Below are positions 60,538 through 64,000 of a stretch of DNA of 64,000 bases, one piece after another. The notes beneath the pieces were generated by a model that saw only the letters and a program-made list of their open reading frames with translations, searched no databases and was not told the origin of the DNA. The stretch is from an uncultured Chloroflexia bacterium (GTDB taxonomy: Bacteria > Chloroflexota > Chloroflexia > Thermomicrobiales > UBA6265): the NCBI GenBank assembly GCA_963724295.1, contig CAVRUC010000007.1, positions 544,001-608,000 on the forward strand, in the 5' to 3' direction. Position 1 is the stretch's first letter, and each line of letters starts with the position of its first letter. The translations under genes and the position numbers were made by a program.

Positions 60538-60793
60538 CGAGGTCGGAGGTCGGGAGTCGGAAGTCGGAGGATCGTTGCCGGCGGCTCTCGGCCGTTTGGG
60601 TCGTGGGTCATGGGAACTGGCCGAACTTCCCGAACTTCCCGAACTTCCCGAACTTTTCGGGGACAGGTACGGCGGGAAGTTCGCCAGTGCCGCGGCTGGA
60701 CGACGCGCCGGCTGGCCGCCTTCACGGACTTCGGGCGATGCCTACGTCGCCCCTACGGACGTACTGACTTCCGGCTCCAGACTTCCGACCTCC
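60538..60793. repeat. Composite intergenic repeat region: inverted 7-mer arrays, CCGAACTTC x4, and a GTAG-type REP palindrome
   Basis: gaggtcg/gaagtcg array at left and acttccg/acctccg at right; 9-mer tandem ~60621-60656; minus strand GTAGGGGCGACGTAGGCATCGCCC at 60733-60756. Confidence 0.7.
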
Positions 60794-60794
60794 G

Positions 60795-61604
60795 TCAGCT
60801 AGGCGTGACCTCGGCGGTAAGGATCAGGCGCTCGCTGCCGTCGTCATACGGTTCGAGGTCGTAGGATCCGTAGACCTTCCATTCCACGAACCCGGTCAGC
60901 TCGAGCAATAACGCCAGCTCCGACGCTACGAGGTAGCGCATCGGGAAACCACTGCGTACGCGCCGGATGTGACCGGCGGGGTCTACCAGGTCGTACCAGA
61001 GCTCGGTGACGATCGTCTGCTCCGCCGCATCGTGAGTCCGCACCGAGAAACGATCGACCATGGTCCCGTCGGACTTCCGCCAGGTCCCCTCGTGTCGGAC
61101 GCGGCCGTCGAACGTTGTCAGCAGTTCGGGGGTCGGATTGAGGAGATCGACGACGAGCATGCCTCGGGGGTCGAGCGCTCGCCGCGCGGAGGCCAGCGCC
61201 GCGCGCTGCTCGGTCATGTGCGACAGGTGCATCAGCCCGTTCAGGGAGAAGATCACCAACCCGAACGGTCCGCCCGGCGCGCGCTCGGCCTCGGTCATGG
61301 TGCCCTCGACGAGTGTCACGCGCCGCGAGTCGGTGCTGGACTGCGCTTGCACGTGCAGCAGCGAGCGCGCCCGGTCCAGCATCGGTCTGGAGCGATCGAC
61401 CCCGGTGATTCGATTGCCGGCGGCTGCCAAGGGTCCAAGCACCCGCCCCGTACCGCACCCCAGCTCCAGGATGGGATCGCCGACGACCTCGGCCAGCCGG
61501 AGGTAGAGATCGACATCGTCGCTGAACCCGGCGTGTTCGAGATCGTACAGCTCCGGAAGCTCCGCGTACGGGTCATCCAGATCGGGTCCTGACCGCTGGT
61601 TCAT
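60795..61604 (-). CDS. Class I SAM-dependent methyltransferase
   Basis: 'ILELGCGTGR', 'GVDRSRPML'. Confidence 0.9.
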   Translation of the reverse strand: MNQRSGPDLDDPYAELPELYDLEHAGFSDDVDLYLRLAEVVGDPILELGCGTGRVLGPLAAAGNRITGVDRSRPMLDRARSLLHVQAQSSTDSRRVTLVEGTMTEAERAPGGPFGLVIFSLNGLMHLSHMTEQRAALASARRALDPRGMLVVDLLNPTPELLTTFDGRVRHEGTWRKSDGTMVDRFSVRTHDAAEQTIVTELWYDLVDPAGHIRRVRSGFPMRYLVASELALLLELTGFVEWKVYGSYDLEPYDDGSERLILTAEVTPS

Positions 61605-61672
61605 CGTGCCTCCCCGGCGGAAAATTCCCGCACGCTGGCGACGGCTTACCGACAATGGCGTCCCGCGCCCGT

Positions 61673-61701
61673 TTGACGCTCTCCCGGACGCTTCCTATAG
61701 T
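61673..61701 (+). promoter_or_regulatory. Sigma70 promoter TTGACG-N17-TATAGT (leaderless smpB)
   Basis: Near-consensus; ATG at 61708 is 6 nt after the -10 box and has no SD. Confidence 0.7.
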
Positions 61702-61707
61702 GCGCGA

Positions 61708-62211
61708 ATGGCAACCAGAACTTCTTCCACGAACGCTGTCGCCGCAACCGACCGTGGCCGGGGCGACCGCGTAGTCACCAGCAACCGGCGCGCATTCCAT
61801 GATTTTCACATCCTGGAGTCAGTCGAGGCCGGCATCGTCCTGACCGGCACCGAGATCAAGTCGATCCGGGATGGGAAAGCGACCATCGCCGAAGCCTACG
61901 CGCGCTTCGAGAACGGCGAGCTGTGGCTTGTCGGCTCGAATGTCGCGCCCTACAGCCATGGCAATCGAGCCAATCATGAGTCTGACCGGCCACGCAAACT
62001 CCTGGTCCATCGCCGGGAAATGGAACGGTTGCGCACGGCGGTCGAGCAGAAAGGTCTGACGCTCGTACCGCTGCGGCTCCACTTGAAAAAGGGGCTGGCA
62101 AAGCTCGACGTCGGCGTCGCGCGGGGCAAGAAGCTCTACGATAAGCGAACCGCCGACGCGGACCGGCAGGCGAGACGCGACGTGGAGCGAGCCTTACGAG
62201 GCCGGGAGTAG
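61708..62211 (+). CDS. smpB: SsrA-binding protein SmpB
   Basis: 'NRRAFHDF', 'EAGIVLTGTEIKSIR', 'RKLLVH', 'GKKLYDKR'. Confidence 0.97.
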   Translation: MATRTSSTNAVAATDRGRGDRVVTSNRRAFHDFHILESVEAGIVLTGTEIKSIRDGKATIAEAYARFENGELWLVGSNVAPYSHGNRANHESDRPRKLLVHRREMERLRTAVEQKGLTLVPLRLHLKKGLAKLDVGVARGKKLYDKRTADADRQARRDVERALRGRE

Positions 62212-62232
62212 CCGCGGCGGGAGCCGCAATCG

Positions 62233-62715
62233 ATGCTCGTGCACATCGTGCTGATGCGGTTGCGGCCCGGTGTGCCCGGCGCCGCGCTTGGTGATCTCGA
62301 GCGCCGCGTGCGCGATCTCGCCGAATCGGTGGCCGGCCCGGATTACTGCGTGGTCGGTCCAAACATCACGGAAGAGCCTTTATCGCAAGAGTTCGAGTTC
62401 GGGTTCGTTCTGAGATTCGCCAGCCGCGCCGAGCTCGACGCCTACCACGTGAATCCGGCGCACCTTCCGATCAGCCTGGCCATTCGAGACATGTCTCGCA
62501 CGGTCCTCGTCTTCGATCTTGCCTTGCGGCGTAGCGCCACAACCGACGATCATCGGCTGCGACGGACGATCGTTGCCGCCAGCGCTCCGGCCGCCGCTGC
62601 CGCCAGGAGCATCGCCAGCGGCACGATAGCGGCCGTCGGCGGCGGATCGGTCCGCATCCCACCATTGCGCATGATGGCGCGGCCGATGCCGATCAGCAGG
62701 TGCACCGGCAGGTAG
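62233..62715 (+). CDS. Dabb (stress-responsive A/B barrel) family protein; true end probably ~62534
   Basis: 'HIVLMRL', 'GPNI', 'LDAYHVNPAH', 'VFD'; the tail overlaps the convergent gene, suggesting an indel near the stop. Confidence 0.75.
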   Translation: MLVHIVLMRLRPGVPGAALGDLERRVRDLAESVAGPDYCVVGPNITEEPLSQEFEFGFVLRFASRAELDAYHVNPAHLPISLAIRDMSRTVLVFDLALRRSATTDDHRLRRTIVAASAPAAAAARSIASGTIAAVGGGSVRIPPLRMMARPMPISRCTGR

Positions 62716-63086
62716 ATCGCCGGCACCAGCAGCGCCCAGGCGCCGGTCCGGTCGCCGGCGGCGAAGACGGCCACCGCCCCCGCCAGCGCGAACCAGACGA
62801 CGACCTCGACGAGGCCACTGGGCCGCACGATCGCGCCGAGGATCAAGCCGCCGGCGATGGCAGCCGCCCATCCCAATAGACGGCGTTGCGCAGACGGGAG
62901 AGAAACCGCCAGGAACACCCCGGACACCAACCAGAGCACCGCGCCGATCGGGTTCAGCAGACGTGCCGTCGTGCCCCCGACGACGATTGCCAGGCCGACG
63001 ATCGCCGCTGCCAGGACGAGTCCAGCGGCCGCCGTTCGCCAGGCGGCTGGATCATTTCGGCCGAGATGGAGCGGTTTCAGCGTCAT
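62550..63086 (-). CDS. Hypothetical integral membrane protein
   Basis: About 6 hydrophobic segments. Confidence 0.7.
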   Translation of the reverse strand: MTLKPLHLGRNDPAAWRTAAAGLVLAAAIVGLAIVVGGTTARLLNPIGAVLWLVSGVFLAVSLPSAQRRLLGWAAAIAGGLILGAIVRPSGLVEVVVWFALAGAVAVFAAGDRTGAWALLVPAIYLPVHLLIGIGRAIMRNGGMRTDPPPTAAIVPLAMLLAAAAAGALAATIVRRSR

Positions 63087-63178
63087 GAAGCGGTCTCCCA
63101 TACATCGCTACTGACGGAGTTTCGCGTCAAAAGCTGCCGTACGGGACTGGTATACTTCAGCGCGCACGGGCCGCACAT

Positions 63179-63254
63179 GCCCTCGTAGCTCAACGGATAG
63201 AGCGTCTGGCTTCGGACCAGAAGGTTGGGGGTTCGAGTCCCTCCGAGGGTACCA
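63179..63254 (+). tRNA. tRNA-Arg (anticodon TCG)
   Basis: Acceptor stem GCCCTCG/CGAGGGT plus ACCA, D-arm GCTC/GAGC, anticodon arm TCTGG-CTTCGGA-CCAGA, GTTCGAG T-loop; TGG-TATACT promoter at ~63148-63156. Confidence 0.95.
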
Positions 63255-63272
63255 CCCAGTTTAAGCATGGTA

Positions 63273-63548
63273 ATGCCGAGAATAAGGCGGCCGGGCATCG
63301 CCCACTGCACCGATCGGATCACCTGCGACCGCGCGGCGGCGATGCTCGGCGGTGATCCAGTCTGCCTGCACCGTGCCGCCTACTGGTACGCCCAAGGCGT
63401 GTTGGAACTGGACCCGGAGCCCCCGGCTTCGGCCACTTCGGTCCTCTGCTTCCGCTGTCGCGGCGCGGAGGCTGGCTGCCCTGTCTGTCAGGGCACGGGT
63501 GTGGCGTCCCTTAGCACGCAAGCGGCAGCATTGCGGGCGGCCGCCTGA
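63273..63548 (+). CDS. Small hypothetical protein with CxxC..CxxCxGxG zinc-finger-like motif
   Basis: 'CFRCRGAEAGCPVCQGTG'; ends before a terminator-like hairpin. Confidence 0.5.
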   Translation: MPRIRRPGIAHCTDRITCDRAAAMLGGDPVCLHRAAYWYAQGVLELDPEPPASATSVLCFRCRGAEAGCPVCQGTGVASLSTQAAALRAAA

Positions 63549-63621
63549 GCCAGTACGAGCGCACCGGCAGGATAGTCCTCGGTTTCGGCCCAGGTGGCCG
63601 CTTCGTGACACAGCTACCACC

Positions 63622-63651
63622 CCCAGGGCCGGGAGTCTTCCCGGCCCTGGG
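63622..63651. terminator. Hairpin between convergent genes
   Basis: cccagggccggga-gtct-tcccggccctggg. Confidence 0.6.
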
Positions 63652-63661
63652 TGTGTGCGGG

Positions 63662-64000
63662 CTATGCCGCTGGCGTGACCGTAGCGCTACTGCCCGGAGT
63701 AGGATATTGGTCGAACGTCACGCGCGTGGCCGGTGCCAGCGTGAGCGACCCGGCGTAGAGCGGACCTCCGAGGGAGTCCGCTGACGCGTCCCGTGTATCG
63801 TAGATGCCATCGAACGATAGCGTGTTCCCAGTCTCGTCAATGGTGACCGTTTCCAGATACGTGATGGTGCCGATTTCTTCACCTTCGGGAGTGGCATTCG
63901 TCTCGGTGCCAACCGGCAATAGTTCAATCAGCACCAACTCGGCGGTGCGCTCTCCGGCTGGACGCCAGATACCGAGCGCCACCCCGGTAGCGCCTCGTCG
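63662..64000 (-). CDS. Hypothetical secreted-type beta-rich protein, 5' end outside the window
   Basis: 'LGIWRPAGERTAEL', 'VTIDETGNTL', C-terminal 'ATVTPAA'; frame runs to the window edge. Confidence 0.6.
   Translation of the reverse strand, partial: RRGATGVALGIWRPAGERTAELVLIELLPVGTETNATPEGEEIGTITYLETVTIDETGNTLSFDGIYDTRDASADSLGGPLYAGSLTLAPATRVTFDQYPTPGSSATVTPAA

Noticed and set aside
60621..60656. Tandem repeats as a CRISPR array
   Set aside because: 9-bp units with no spacers and no cas genes
63179..64000. Genomic island integrated at tRNA-Arg
   Set aside because: No integrase or duplicated tRNA 3' end is visible within the window

Overview
GC-rich bacterial chromosomal segment, most likely from a member of Thermomicrobiales (Chloroflexota). 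This is inferred from the Tat-type 'FDxLTR..SRR' Cys-rich proteins, the style of the solute-binding proteins and the SpoIIE/P-loop cluster. The window is mostly housekeeping and metabolic: an ECF42-type sigma factor with YciI and VOC genes, PLP enzymes, peptide and rhamnose-type ABC transporters, beta-oxidation genes, a PimA/PIP-synthase-like pair, rplY, aroC, smpB and tRNA-Arg(TCG). I saw no CRISPR array, transposase, integrase or phage genes. Several genes carry clustered frameshifts (about 8.9-16.8, 24.9-26.5 and 42.1-43.0 kb), most simply read as long-read indel errors. The most notable unexplained signals are: (1) a stand-alone ~170-nt structured transcript with its own promoter and terminator, a perfect 12-nt Shine-Dalgarno, a 16-codon ORF and mutually exclusive helices (51862-52066); (2) two Tat-leader proteins with knottin-like C-C-CC-C-C cysteine frameworks; (3) a triple-cupredoxin protein; (4) a secreted repeat protein; (5) two ECF42 promoters; (6) a two-copy palindromic MITE-like element; (7) several apparently leaderless genes. 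All calls come from reading the sequence and ORF track; no database searches were run.
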